From an uncultured archaeon (lineage in GTDB: Archaea > Asgardarchaeota > Thorarchaeia > Thorarchaeales > Thorarchaeaceae): DNA of 64,000 bases. Under the pieces are notes generated by a model. The model saw only the letters and a program-made list of their open reading frames with translations. It did no database searches and was not told the DNA's origin. The stretch covers positions 32,001 through 96,000 of the forward strand of contig CAZLEV010000002.1 in NCBI GenBank assembly GCA_964558645.1, in the 5' to 3' direction. Below, piece after piece: positions 1 through 10,119 of this stretch (positions are counted from its first letter, which is position 1; every line of letters starts with the position of its first letter). A program made the translations under genes and the position numbers.

Positions 1-85
1 TCTTCTTTTTGCTGTAGTCCATATCCGGCTGAGAGGCCCAACCGGTTCACAGAAAGTGCTCAAGAAGACATCACAGACAGGATGA
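1..85 (+). CDS. 3' end of an unidentified CDS (partial)
   Basis: Frame from position 2 reads LLFAVVHIRLRGPTGSQKVLKKTSQTG, with TGA at 83-85; truncated by the window edge. Confidence 0.3.
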   Translation, partial: LLFAVVHIRLRGPTGSQKVLKKTSQTG

Positions 86-166
86 GCTGGTGAATGCAAC
101 GACCCACAACTATTATACATATCACATGAAGCAGCTCAGCTGCTATCTGAGCTAGGGTGCCCCACA

Positions 167-1348
167 ATGTTCGCCGAGAAGGGAATGAATGCAGAGGATG
201 TCCTCAAGAAACTTGATGAACTGCTAGAGAGCGATGCAACATACAGAAGTGGACACCCGATAGCCTCGATGTCAACTATTCCGCACAGCCTAGGAGCCGA
301 GGTGTTCTCCCGAACTCTGGAGAAAAATGCAGGACGATTGCATACGTTCAAGGGCTCAGCAGAAGTAGAGAAGCAAGTCATTCGGATGCTGGGAGATCTA
401 TTGCATCTCGATGACCCCTACGGAACCACCACTTCTGGGGGAACTGAATCCAACATACTCGCCATGCTTGCATACCGAGAGCAAGCAAAGCGGAGAACCA
501 GGAATCCCGAGGTCATCGTGCCTGAGAATGCCCATATGTCAATTCACAAGGCAGCATGGATGCTAGATGTAGAAGTTGTGAAGGCATCAGTAGACAAGGA
601 ATTCAAAGCGAACCCCAAAGACGTTGAGAAGAGAGTCACGGATGATACTATTGGAATATTCACGACGGCAGGCACAACATACCTTGGACAGATAGACCCC
701 ATTGAAGAGATTGGGGAGATTGCCAACTCCAACGAGATTCCCCTCCATGTTGATGCCGCCTTTGGAGGTTTCGTCATTCCATTCTTGTCGGAACTGGACA
801 GAGGTGAGTATCCATTCGACTTCTCTGTGAAGGGAGTGACCAGCGTCAGCACCGATCCTCACAAGATGGGACTAGCACCAATTCCTTCAGGATCTCTACT
901 CTTCAGCCAGGCGGGCTTCATGAGCAACATAACTTGGCAGGTACCGTACCTACAGGGTGCCAGTGCGAGGCAGTCATCGATTCTAGGGACACGACCAGCA
1001 GCATCGATTCTCGCCACTTGGGCGATCATGAAACATCTGGGCCGAGAAGGTTACAGAAACATTGTTTCGAGATGCATGGAGGTGACAGATGCTTTGGCAG
1101 ACAGGGTGACGAAGAACCCCCTTCTAAGCCTCCCAATCGAACCGGTCATGAACATTCTTGCTGTAGAGAGCCGAGAAGTCCCCCTTGCTGTCATTGTTGA
1201 GAAGATGGAGGCTCAAGGATGGCGCATGGCCACATCCCCCTTCCCACCAACATTACGCCTGGTGATCATGCCTCATGTGACGCATGGTGCCGCTAACGCA
1301 TTCTTCAATGTCTTAGATGAGGTATCTACAACCGTTCCTCCAGACTAG
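167..1348 (+). CDS. mfnA: PLP-dependent tyrosine/aspartate decarboxylase (group II)
   Basis: TSGGTESN, LHVDAAFGG and PLP-lysine motif DPHKMG; 393 aa. Confidence 0.85.
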   Translation: MFAEKGMNAEDVLKKLDELLESDATYRSGHPIASMSTIPHSLGAEVFSRTLEKNAGRLHTFKGSAEVEKQVIRMLGDLLHLDDPYGTTTSGGTESNILAMLAYREQAKRRTRNPEVIVPENAHMSIHKAAWMLDVEVVKASVDKEFKANPKDVEKRVTDDTIGIFTTAGTTYLGQIDPIEEIGEIANSNEIPLHVDAAFGGFVIPFLSELDRGEYPFDFSVKGVTSVSTDPHKMGLAPIPSGSLLFSQAGFMSNITWQVPYLQGASARQSSILGTRPAASILATWAIMKHLGREGYRNIVSRCMEVTDALADRVTKNPLLSLPIEPVMNILAVESREVPLAVIVEKMEAQGWRMATSPFPPTLRLVIMPHVTHGAANAFFNVLDEVSTTVPPD

Positions 1349-1698
1349 GCCTCGATGAAGTCTTCCTTGATCTCCTCAATCTCTTCCTCTAACTCAGTCA
1401 CCTTCTGAGTCAAGTCGAGTAAGGCATTGAGAAGGACCGAGATCACGTATCCGTAGTTGACCGAGTAACCCTCGGTTCTGTCAATCAGGTGAGCCTCTTC
1501 AAGCCGTCGAGCGGCATTGGTAATTGACTGCTTCGATACCTTCCGCTCGTCAATTATCTTGTTCACACTCTTCCGCACATCTTTCGGCGCCACATTGGGC
1601 CCCTTGATCGGTTCAAGAAGGCTGTACAGAAGCATCAGCCCTGTCATCATCCTAGGATTCATCAGTTTGCCAAATGACAGTTCCAGTTCAGACCTCAT
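1345..1698 (-). CDS. hypothetical protein, HTH-like with C-terminal coiled coil
   Basis: 117 aa; SKQSITNAARRLEEAHLI resembles an HTH recognition helix; heptad tail. Confidence 0.55.
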   Translation of the reverse strand: MRSELELSFGKLMNPRMMTGLMLLYSLLEPIKGPNVAPKDVRKSVNKIIDERKVSKQSITNAARRLEEAHLIDRTEGYSVNYGYVISVLLNALLDLTQKVTELEEEIEEIKEDFIEA

Positions 1699-1872
1699 CG
1701 GTATTCATCCCCACGGGTGACATCTCATTCGCAGTAAACGTTTCCACAGAGAAAAATGTTTGTACTCGTCAAGAATCTGAACAAACCAAGAATTCGCCAC
1801 CTCCTCCGGCAAAGAACGTTTACCACCCAAGTCCACAACAAGTAAAAGGTGGCTATCACCCAATCACCATGA

Positions 1873-2565
1873 TTGCCAGTGACCTCCGAACTCGATAGAA
1901 TTGTCTTCGTCCCAGTAGTTCACACTGATAGTGAGAGCGTTGAGAGAGTACGAAGAATCATCCGTCAAAACAAACCGGAGGTTGTTGCAGTGGAGCTTGA
2001 CAGGCAACGCTATGAGCTTCTTCAACGGGGCGATGAACAGGAGAGGGTAGATGTCCTCCCACCCTCTGGGGATGTGATTCAGGACCTATTCTACCAGATA
2101 GCGAGATTGGAGAAGAATCTGGGAGATATGACAGGAACAGATGCTGGCACTGAGATGTTGGCAGCAATAGAAGCAGGCCGGGAACTCGGAGCCAAAATAG
2201 CTCTAGTTGATAGGCCAATTCAGGAGACCATACAGGCATTCATGAAGGTCCCTCTGGATGAAGTCTATGCGTTCTTTCAGGCCATTCCCTCCACAGAGGA
2301 AGATGCCGAGTCTCAGGGAGTCGATGCACTATTGGCCATGCTAAGAGACGAGAGTCAAGTAGAGGAGATAGTGCAACAGTTCACGGAGGAGTTCCCCAAT
2401 CTTGCCGATGCACTGATAGGACAACGAGACAGATACGTTGCTAATGCCCTGAAGACAATCCTCAATGATGTTGGAGGCCATATCGTGGCGGTCCTTGGTG
2501 CAGGACATATGAAGGGGGTAAAGGAAAGCCTTAGAGTCATGTTGAGCAAAGAGGCGAGCTCCTAG
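1873..2565 (+). CDS. TraB/PrgY family protein
   Basis: VAVELDRQR, EMLAAI, LVDRPIQET, RDRYVA, VLGAGH motifs. Confidence 0.85.
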   Translation: MPVTSELDRIVFVPVVHTDSESVERVRRIIRQNKPEVVAVELDRQRYELLQRGDEQERVDVLPPSGDVIQDLFYQIARLEKNLGDMTGTDAGTEMLAAIEAGRELGAKIALVDRPIQETIQAFMKVPLDEVYAFFQAIPSTEEDAESQGVDALLAMLRDESQVEEIVQQFTEEFPNLADALIGQRDRYVANALKTILNDVGGHIVAVLGAGHMKGVKESLRVMLSKEASS

Positions 2566-3212
2566 AGCTCCAGTTCTTTGATGAGTGCATCAATGCCTTC
2601 GCCAGTGCGGGCACTGACTTTTAGGACGGGCAGATTTGCATCGACTTCGCGGATGTCTGCAGTGAGAGCATTCACATCAAAAGACAATGCTTCGGCAAGG
2701 TCGACCTTGTTGATGACCACCATGTCCGAACGCTTGATGGTCAAGGGATGCTTTCGAATCATATAGGGTCCCTCTGTGATACTCACCACGACTATCTTCT
2801 TGTCAACACCCAACGGATATCCAGCCGGGCAGATCAGGTTGCCCACGTTCTCGATGAGCACCAAGTCGTAATTCGAGAGATCAGTCTCTTTCAGGGCAAC
2901 TCGCACCATTCTTGCATCCAGATGACACGCAGTGCCCGTATTGATCTGAACAGTATCAACGCCATGAGAGGCAACACGATCAGCATCTATTCTTGTTGCC
3001 AAATCTCCCGCAACCATCAGTATCCGGTATTTCCCTGAAAGTCTCTCGCAAAGAGCCTCGATGAGCTGGGTCTTTCCAGTCCCAACAGAGCCCATTATGT
3101 CAATGGACCTGACACCATGCCGCCTGAATTCATTCGCATTCAAGGCCGCTGCGTCCTCATTGGCTCCAAACAAGTCCTTTCTGATATCAATCGAGACCGT
3201 CTTCTCGGACAT
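2562..3212 (-). CDS. hypB: hydrogenase nickel incorporation GTPase HypB
   Basis: GSVGTGKT P-loop, ACHLDA, ENVGNLICPA, NKVD. Confidence 0.9.
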   Translation of the reverse strand: MSEKTVSIDIRKDLFGANEDAAALNANEFRRHGVRSIDIMGSVGTGKTQLIEALCERLSGKYRILMVAGDLATRIDADRVASHGVDTVQINTGTACHLDARMVRVALKETDLSNYDLVLIENVGNLICPAGYPLGVDKKIVVVSITEGPYMIRKHPLTIKRSDMVVINKVDLAEALSFDVNALTADIREVDANLPVLKVSARTGEGIDALIKELEL

Positions 3213-3214
3213 TC

Positions 3215-3784
3215 TTACCCACTCACGCTCTCAAGGGGTTGGTCTTCCGCATGAAGGTTTTGGTAGAGGTAGGAGCCGGCAATGGGACGGAGTGCAATTC
3301 GCTCTACGGCAACAGCCACAGCAGCCCAAAGAGTCGCTTGAGCCCCATCGAGCAGAGCCCCAAACATGGCTGCCTCGAGGGGATAGAATAACCAGAGGCT
3401 TACCCCGAGAGTTGGAAGGAATCCGCCAATCAGCCCGCCACCAAGCATTGCAATTGCAGCATAGGATGTGCTGTCACGGTCCGATTGTATATGGATAGCA
3501 ATACCAGTCCCTAGTCCAAGTGCGATATTGCCAAGCAATGGCAGAAGGGGAAATTCACCGCCCCCTATAGCACCACTTAGTCCAACAATAGTCCCAACCA
3601 AGACACCTCCGTACACACCACCAACGACTCCGCCTAGTTCAGAGAACAAAAACCCTGGCGTTAGTTCCAGTAGGGTGGGGATGATTGTGAACCTGAGGAA
3701 GATGCGAGCAACAACACCAAGGGCGGATATCATTGCGAGAGTTGTGATAACTGCAGTGTTTCGTTTCAGCGGGAATCTACTCAT
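3215..3784 (-). CDS. ECF transporter S-component-like membrane protein
   Basis: 189 aa, about 6 Gly-rich TM helices, N-terminal AxxxAL motif; 2 bp upstream of hypB. Confidence 0.6.
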   Translation of the reverse strand: MSRFPLKRNTAVITTLAMISALGVVARIFLRFTIIPTLLELTPGFLFSELGGVVGGVYGGVLVGTIVGLSGAIGGGEFPLLPLLGNIALGLGTGIAIHIQSDRDSTSYAAIAMLGGGLIGGFLPTLGVSLWLFYPLEAAMFGALLDGAQATLWAAVAVAVERIALRPIAGSYLYQNLHAEDQPLESVSG

Positions 3785-3808
3785 CCAGTGTCCTCCTTAA
3801 GATATGCT

Positions 3809-4207
3809 TTAGGATGGTGGGTCGGGCCACTGAGCCAACAAGAACTTTCTGGTCTTCGAATACCAGTCGTCAAGCTGCTTCAGAATTCTTTTCCTCACTG
3901 TTCCGGTAGAGATCGCGTTATAGACGTAGTAATAGCCGCCCCGGTCGAAGGTCTCACTTTTGCGCTTGACAAGGCCCTTCTTGTGCAGCTTCTTCAAAAC
4001 CCGCTGTACCGTTGTCCGATCTCTGTCGATCATCTGGGCAATCTCTTCAACTGTCTTCTCACCTGACATCAGGGCAAAGTAGGTGTCAATCTCGCTGTCT
4101 CGCAGGCCAAAGGCACAACATAGAAGATCGGATGGCTTGTCAAACCTCTTTGAGAAGAGATTGTCTAAAGGATCTCGAGACGTCATAGTAGGATAACATT
4201 CACACAT
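3809..4207 (-). CDS. TrmB-family HTH transcriptional regulator (start probably near 4186)
   Basis: CAFGLRDSEIDTYFAL...TVEEIAQMIDRDRTTVQRVLKKL...GGYYYVY. Confidence 0.8.
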   Translation of the reverse strand: MCECYPTMTSRDPLDNLFSKRFDKPSDLLCCAFGLRDSEIDTYFALMSGEKTVEEIAQMIDRDRTTVQRVLKKLHKKGLVKRKSETFDRGGYYYVYNAISTGTVRKRILKQLDDWYSKTRKFLLAQWPDPPS

Positions 4208-4300
4208 CTCTGAGATAAGGGTTGTGCAAGCGCATGCACAATCGCCATGTTCAGCGTATAATACTACCCTTCAAATCATGAGCATTACACAGAGAGTATA

Positions 4301-4786
4301 GTGACGAGCATGGACTTCCGGAACTTCGAAGATGAAGCAGAGACCAGACCTTGGACACGGTCTGAACAGTCGGACAGACACCTGCAATCCATCAATCTTG
4401 CCCCGCTCAAAGGAGCCCTCGAGTCAGATCCGGTGAGATCAAAGATTCTTCGCGTTCTTATTCAGGATGGGGGATGGGTCAGCACCGCAGATCTTCTCCG
4501 TGCAGCACGCCAATTGAGAACAATCATAGGAGCAGTCACTATCGGCACGATGCTCCACGGCCTCAACGAACTAGTTTCATCGCGACTGATTATGAGCAGG
4601 ACTTCTCTCTCAAGCGGACTCGATTGGGCAGAATGGAGAATTGATCCAAGCTGGCTAGAACCTACACGGAGGCTTCTTAAGATGCTCACACGAGCACAGA
4701 TTCGTAGAGATCGTAACGAACCCAAGACACCCCGAGAACAAATGCTCAACTCCGTCGATAAGCGGGGATTACTCTTTGATGAGTAG
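4301..4786 (+). CDS. hypothetical winged-helix protein
   Basis: 161-aa ORF; DPVRSKILRVL is ArsR-like; divergent from the TrmB gene. Confidence 0.5.
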   Translation: MTSMDFRNFEDEAETRPWTRSEQSDRHLQSINLAPLKGALESDPVRSKILRVLIQDGGWVSTADLLRAARQLRTIIGAVTIGTMLHGLNELVSSRLIMSRTSLSSGLDWAEWRIDPSWLEPTRRLLKMLTRAQIRRDRNEPKTPREQMLNSVDKRGLLFDE

Positions 4787-4837
4787 CTTATTCATAATGA
4801 GTTACATTCATAAGGGTGTTCGGTCACTCCCGGAGGT

Positions 4838-5476
4838 ATGTCTGCCGCTGACAGTCAGGAGCTAACTGAGATCTCAAGAGAGAGTCAGACAAACCCACTC
4901 ATTCTTGATGAACCAATCGATGGAGATCAAAGGGTTCTCCAGATTGTGACGGCTGCTGTTCTTGCTTCTTTGTCTGTGGCAGCAGCTCCAATAGCCTCAT
5001 TCCTTCCACGTCTGCCCTGGGGCATTGCCCTGATCGACCCCGTTTCGCTGTTCTGGATAGCGGCTTTCCTGCTAGGGGGGCCCTATGTCGGACTCGTAGC
5101 GACGGGAGCGGGAACGGTAGGCCTGTTCTTCTTTGACCCGACTCTGATTGGCCCAGTCTTCAAGCTGATAGCCACATTACCGATGCTGGTGGTACCATGG
5201 GTGGCTGTTCGGTTGCTCACCAAATCCGAGGAGGGAGAGGAGCTTGCACGACCAATGTTCTACGCTTCGTTCTCAGTTGTGGCGATAGTGGCAAGACTCG
5301 CTCTGATGATTCCGATGAACCTAGTCTTGGTTCCAATCCTGTTCGGTTACCACGATGTCGCAGGCATTCTGAGTGTCACCATATCTCTGAATGTGATTCA
5401 GGGCTTCTGGGATATGCTCATTCCATACTTGGTCATTCACAAGACTCCTGTCTTTGAGAACTTTGGTTTGTGGTAG
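4838..5476 (+). CDS. ECF transporter S-component-like membrane protein
   Basis: AAVLASLS, IDPVS, GGPYVG pattern; about 6 TMs; GGAGGT RBS upstream. Confidence 0.65.
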   Translation: MSAADSQELTEISRESQTNPLILDEPIDGDQRVLQIVTAAVLASLSVAAAPIASFLPRLPWGIALIDPVSLFWIAAFLLGGPYVGLVATGAGTVGLFFFDPTLIGPVFKLIATLPMLVVPWVAVRLLTKSEEGEELARPMFYASFSVVAIVARLALMIPMNLVLVPILFGYHDVAGILSVTISLNVIQGFWDMLIPYLVIHKTPVFENFGLW

Positions 5477-5579
5477 GTGGGGACCCTCTCTACGGGGCGC
5501 GACAAGCAGAAATCCCTTAAATAGTAAAGATGCGAAGAGATGGCCTGTGGGTCACTAATCCCAAAGGGTTGAATGTCAA

Positions 5580-6383
5580 TTGCGCCGCTGTGAGTTCTGT
5601 GACAGTCCTGTACCAGCAGATGCAATAGTCTGCCCGGTATGCAATGAAACCATTGCAGAAGAAACTCTCGAGCGCGTCCTACCGATTCTAAAAAGGCCCG
5701 AAACTCCAGAGTTCAGAGCGTTGGGGGTTCTGGACAGACTCTGGGGAGTAGTTCGAAATCCTGCCGGGACATATCGGGATATAGGGCGAAGACCCGATGG
5801 CGGGGGACCGTTGTTGATCATCGTGATGAACGCCCTCATCATGGCAGGTCTGTTCTTGGCAATCTCATCAAAGTTCTATGTAAGGGTAGACATCAACGGG
5901 ACTTTGACGGATGTCGGTGTGTTGGGAAGCGAGTATTCAGGAGCATTCTACAGCACCGCACTCGTCAGTATCCTACCCAACATACTTCTAGGCATGGTGT
6001 ATCTACTTGTCGGAACCATGTTCGCTCACCTGGCCTTCAAGGTAACCGGTGGCACAGGGAACAAGGGCAAGACAATGTCCATTGTCGGATACAGTATGGT
6101 TCCCGTTATACTGATTCGCCTGGTTGCACTTCTGGTGGTCATCTTTTACTTGCCCGCCTACAATATCACTGCCGCGAGTTCTTGGGAGGGAATTGTGATG
6201 TCAATCTACGAGTCCGGCGCGTGGTTAAATATAGATTATATGACGAGTGCATCTTTCTTCTGGGTCGGGCTGCTTCTAGTGTTTGGGATAAGAGAGGCGC
6301 ATGACACATCAACAGGATGGGCATTCGTTGTTTCAGCTGCTTGCATCGCCGTTCTCATCTGGACATTCTGGCAAGCACACTAG
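5580..6383 (+). CDS. Yip1-domain membrane protein with N-terminal zinc ribbon
   Basis: CEFC...CPVC; LWGVVRNPAGTY; KVTGGTG...IVGYSMVP; GIREAHD. Confidence 0.75.
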   Translation: MRRCEFCDSPVPADAIVCPVCNETIAEETLERVLPILKRPETPEFRALGVLDRLWGVVRNPAGTYRDIGRRPDGGGPLLIIVMNALIMAGLFLAISSKFYVRVDINGTLTDVGVLGSEYSGAFYSTALVSILPNILLGMVYLLVGTMFAHLAFKVTGGTGNKGKTMSIVGYSMVPVILIRLVALLVVIFYLPAYNITAASSWEGIVMSIYESGAWLNIDYMTSASFFWVGLLLVFGIREAHDTSTGWAFVVSAACIAVLIWTFWQAH

Positions 6384-6386
6384 ATT

Positions 6387-7313
6387 TCAGAACAGAATCC
6401 CATACAGAGGGATGACAACGAAAGCGATTAGCCCAACGAGTGCACCGAGCTTGTCCAGGGTGCTCCCAATAAGAAGTCGCTTCTCATCTTGAGGACCTAA
6501 CAATGGAACGATTCCTGCACCCAGAATGATGCTCGACCCAAGAAGCATCAACAACCACAGATCCCAGCTCGCATATCCCAGAATCCAGATCAGAAGATAG
6601 CAGACGACACCGATGAAGTTGAAGACAGCTTGAACAGCAGCAGCCGCATTGTACCCGTAGACCCGGGCAATCGTACGGACATCTCGTAGTCTATCACCCT
6701 CTACGTCCTCGGCGCCCTTGATGGTCTCACGGGCCTGCAATATCATGAATGCGGTAACGAAGAAGAGCCATGATGGAATCGGAATCGAGATGCTTCCGAC
6801 TATCTCGCCGTAGACGAATGAGCCATAGATGACACCAAAAGCAAATGAGAATGCCACCATGAAGTTGCCAGCGATACCTAACGTCTTGACCTTGGCGGCG
6901 TAGATGTAACCCACAACCAGAAATGTTATGACCAGAAGCGCTCCGACAGGGCCGTTTAGCCATGCAAAGAAAGCACCAAGAATACTCAGGAGTAGAACAT
7001 AAGCCCAAGCCTGTCTGATACTCATTCTGCCACTGGGAAGAGCACGATGAGGGCGGTTGATCTTGTCAATCTCGATGTCAAATATGTCATTGACAACATT
7101 GCCGCCTGCAGCCACCAAGAAATACGTGATGTATGCATAGACAAACACGAGAACATACTCCGTCAGAGTGCCGACAGGATTCATCCGATATGCCATCGCA
7201 ATACCGGCGATGACGGTGAGGCCTCCAATGAAACAGTTCTGTGGACGAATGATTGAGAGGAACGCAAGAGGGTCAACTCTGCGTGACTGAGAAACATCTT
7301 CCTCGTTCGACAT
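6387..7313 (-). CDS. digeranylgeranylglyceryl phosphate synthase (UbiA family)
   Basis: NDIFDIEIDKINRPHRALPSG and RETIKGAEDVEGD motifs. Confidence 0.85.
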   Translation of the reverse strand: MSNEEDVSQSRRVDPLAFLSIIRPQNCFIGGLTVIAGIAMAYRMNPVGTLTEYVLVFVYAYITYFLVAAGGNVVNDIFDIEIDKINRPHRALPSGRMSIRQAWAYVLLLSILGAFFAWLNGPVGALLVITFLVVGYIYAAKVKTLGIAGNFMVAFSFAFGVIYGSFVYGEIVGSISIPIPSWLFFVTAFMILQARETIKGAEDVEGDRLRDVRTIARVYGYNAAAAVQAVFNFIGVVCYLLIWILGYASWDLWLLMLLGSSIILGAGIVPLLGPQDEKRLLIGSTLDKLGALVGLIAFVVIPLYGILF

Positions 7314-7400
7314 TATAACTCACATTCTTGAGCGAATGCGGGACCGAGAGTCATTAAAGAGTTACGAAAAGAAGCCTAACACTCAAATCCCGCCAAGTCG

Positions 7401-7931
7401 GTGGAGAGAATGGAGACGAATCAGTTGCTGGAAGACTTGTCGAGAGAAGAACTGCTAAAACTCATTGAAGTCTATGCCAAGGCCTGGCAAGCCATGGATG
7501 GAGCCTACTTCCTTTCTCTTGAAGAGAAGTTCGGAATGGAGATCGCAATGGAGATGGATATGGCAGCCTGGAGAGTCTTCTCTCCCATAGAGGCCAAGAG
7601 GATTATGCGAGAATTTGATATTCGGGAGAACGGTGGCTTGCCGGCTCTGGAGAAGGCGCTTGGCTACCGAGTCTACGCAGTACTTAATGACCAAGAGACC
7701 GAATGGAAGGATGATCAGACGTTGGTCTTTCGTATGAAGAGCTGCAGAGTGCAGGTTGCAAGGAACCGCAAGGGGCTACCGGACTTTCCCTGCAAGCCTG
7801 TTGGCATGATTGAATATGAGGGGTTTGCCTCCACCATCGACCCTCGAATCAAGACAGAGTGTATCTACTGCCCGCCGGATGAACACCCCGAGGACAGCTA
7901 CTGTGAATGGGAGTTCACAATGGAGGAATGA
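7401..7931 (+). CDS. DUF6125-like Cys-containing protein (V4R/ATC-hydrolase-like fold)
   Basis: WQAMDGAYF; CRVQVAR...FPC...CPPDEHP...CEWEF. Confidence 0.65.
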   Translation: MERMETNQLLEDLSREELLKLIEVYAKAWQAMDGAYFLSLEEKFGMEIAMEMDMAAWRVFSPIEAKRIMREFDIRENGGLPALEKALGYRVYAVLNDQETEWKDDQTLVFRMKSCRVQVARNRKGLPDFPCKPVGMIEYEGFASTIDPRIKTECIYCPPDEHPEDSYCEWEFTMEE

Positions 7932-8773
7932 TTCCTCTGGGATGCCTTCGTTTTGGACCATCTGGGTATCCCTCTGATGCAAAAGGAAGTCTAGAGAGAG
8001 TATTCGAGATACTGAAGAGTTTGAAATTGGATGCGCTGGAGTATGCTGCAACCTACGGCTTGCGTCTTGGAGAACAGAAGGCCGAAGAGATCGGGAAACT
8101 TGCAAGAGCGACAGATGTATCCATGAGCATGCATGCTCCTTACTACATCAGTCTGGCGTCCAACAAAGAAGAGATCAGAGAGAGGTCGAAAAAGCGCGTG
8201 GTCAAGGCGCTTTGCTTTGCTCCACTCATGAACGTGAAACGGATAGTCTTTCATCCCGGTGGTTATGTTGGCCATACGCCAGAAGAGGCCTTTATGCTCA
8301 TCAGCAAGGCAATCTTGGACATCTGGGAAGAGGCGGGTCATTTGGGGAAGGGTGCGGTCTTGGCACCGGAGATTGCAGGAAAGAAGAATGCATTCGGGTC
8401 GCCTGGAGAAATCATCAGGCTGTGTGTTGACACTGAGGGTTGCATTCCCACGATCGACTGGGCACATCTCTATGCGCGAACCAGGGGAGAAATCAATGAT
8501 AGAGATAGCTATGGGAAGGTGCTTGCCATTTTTGAAGATGCCTTGGGCGATACATTCACAAAGAATTTGCACTTCCATGTCAGCGGCATCACATTCACCA
8601 ACGCGGGAGAGAAAGCTCACAGACCGCTTGGTTCAAAATGGGGGCCTGACATCCTGCCTTTGATTGAGCTCCTCAATGAACTCGGCTATGATGCAACAAT
8701 CATCTCTGAAACCCCAGAACCCGTCAGAGGAGCCCTATATGCCAAGTACCTGCTCGAAGAGCTGGAGAAGTGA
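7928..8773 (+). CDS. nfo: endonuclease IV (AP endonuclease 2 TIM barrel)
   Basis: SMHAPYYISL, VFHPG, PEIAGK, IDWAH, HFHVSG; ATG at 7928 overlaps the upstream stop. Confidence 0.85.
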   Translation: MIPLGCLRFGPSGYPSDAKGSLERVFEILKSLKLDALEYAATYGLRLGEQKAEEIGKLARATDVSMSMHAPYYISLASNKEEIRERSKKRVVKALCFAPLMNVKRIVFHPGGYVGHTPEEAFMLISKAILDIWEEAGHLGKGAVLAPEIAGKKNAFGSPGEIIRLCVDTEGCIPTIDWAHLYARTRGEINDRDSYGKVLAIFEDALGDTFTKNLHFHVSGITFTNAGEKAHRPLGSKWGPDILPLIELLNELGYDATIISETPEPVRGALYAKYLLEELEK

Positions 8774-10119
8774 ATAGAATGAACACACTAGTCCTCATCC
8801 TGGGAAAGAACTGGCTCCTATCCATCGCAGAGCTGATAGCCTACTTTGAAACCCGAGGGATAACAATCTCTGTGGTTGACTATTCCAGAAACTCTGTAGT
8901 GGTAGATGTAGACACAGTGATGGACGATGAGGCAATTGTAGACCTACAATCATCTCTAGGTGGGTGCTATAAGACTGGGCGCCTGGTCACAACAGAAGGC
9001 AAAGGGCTGGTTGTCAGTGCCTTTCCAAAGAGGGGAAACTTCGACCAGAATACAAGAGCCAAGCTCCTCCGATGTCCTTGGACAAAAGAGGTCTGGCCAA
9101 GAGCTAAAGGCCAATCAATACATTTCGGAGTCAGTACTTATCCTGCTGACAAGAATACACCAGTGCATCTCAAACGATTCACACTGGGCATGGATGAAGG
9201 GATAAAGAAGGCACTGCGTGACAGAGGAGCCAAGAAAGCAGCATACGTTGCCTACGAGGAACCCGACAGACGAAAGGAGGACAGACCAAACACGGCACTC
9301 TGGCCTCAGACAATTGCCAGACATGGCCTATTACGTCCACCCAATGCAGAGATCCTTGCGCCATTCACGCACAACGCGTTATACATTGCGCGATCTGTGG
9401 CGGTCTATGACTCAATGCTCCAGAGATATCGTGATGAGTCGCGTCCGTTCAAATCAACCGAGATTAGTACAAGTCCAAAATTGTGTAGGAGCCTCATCAC
9501 GCTTGCTGGGGCTAGAAGAGGAGACACAGTCCTTGACCCATTCTGCGGAACAGGAACTCTTCTTATGGAAGCAGCACTCTTGGGGATGCGATGTGTGGGC
9601 ATCGACATTGATGCTAATGCGGTTCAGGGAACAGCTGCGAATCTCAAGTGGCTAGGCAAAGAGCTTGAAGAATACCTTGATTTCCGAGTCCTCCATGGCG
9701 ATGCGCGAGATAGCGAACATCTGGTTGCGGAGAAGGTAGATGCGATTGCATTTGAGCCCTACCTTGGTCCACTTTACGAGAATCAACCAGCAGAACCAGA
9801 GGCCAGAGCCTTGACCAAAGACCTGACAGAGTTATATCGAGACTCGCTGAAGTCGCTAGCGGCCATCCTGAGACACGATGGAAAGGTTGCGATGACTATC
9901 CCCGTGATCAATTGCAGGACCGGAAAAGTAAGAATCGATCTTGATCGCATGTTGTCAGAAACGCCCTTCCGGATACACAAGATGCTACCGGGCGGAGTAT
10001 TCAAGAGTGATCCCAACAGAAACACACCTTACATGATAAGACCAAACAGAGACCTGCTTCCCGAACGAAAGTGGGGACAAGTAGTTCAGCGGCAGGTGAT
10101 TACACTAAGTATCTCTTAG
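8770..10119 (+). CDS. Trm11/TrmG10-like SAM-dependent tRNA methyltransferase
   Basis: SPKLCRSLI, VLDPFCGTGT, GIDID, FEPY. Confidence 0.7.
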   Translation: MNRMNTLVLILGKNWLLSIAELIAYFETRGITISVVDYSRNSVVVDVDTVMDDEAIVDLQSSLGGCYKTGRLVTTEGKGLVVSAFPKRGNFDQNTRAKLLRCPWTKEVWPRAKGQSIHFGVSTYPADKNTPVHLKRFTLGMDEGIKKALRDRGAKKAAYVAYEEPDRRKEDRPNTALWPQTIARHGLLRPPNAEILAPFTHNALYIARSVAVYDSMLQRYRDESRPFKSTEISTSPKLCRSLITLAGARRGDTVLDPFCGTGTLLMEAALLGMRCVGIDIDANAVQGTAANLKWLGKELEEYLDFRVLHGDARDSEHLVAEKVDAIAFEPYLGPLYENQPAEPEARALTKDLTELYRDSLKSLAAILRHDGKVAMTIPVINCRTGKVRIDLDRMLSETPFRIHKMLPGGVFKSDPNRNTPYMIRPNRDLLPERKWGQVVQRQVITLSIS

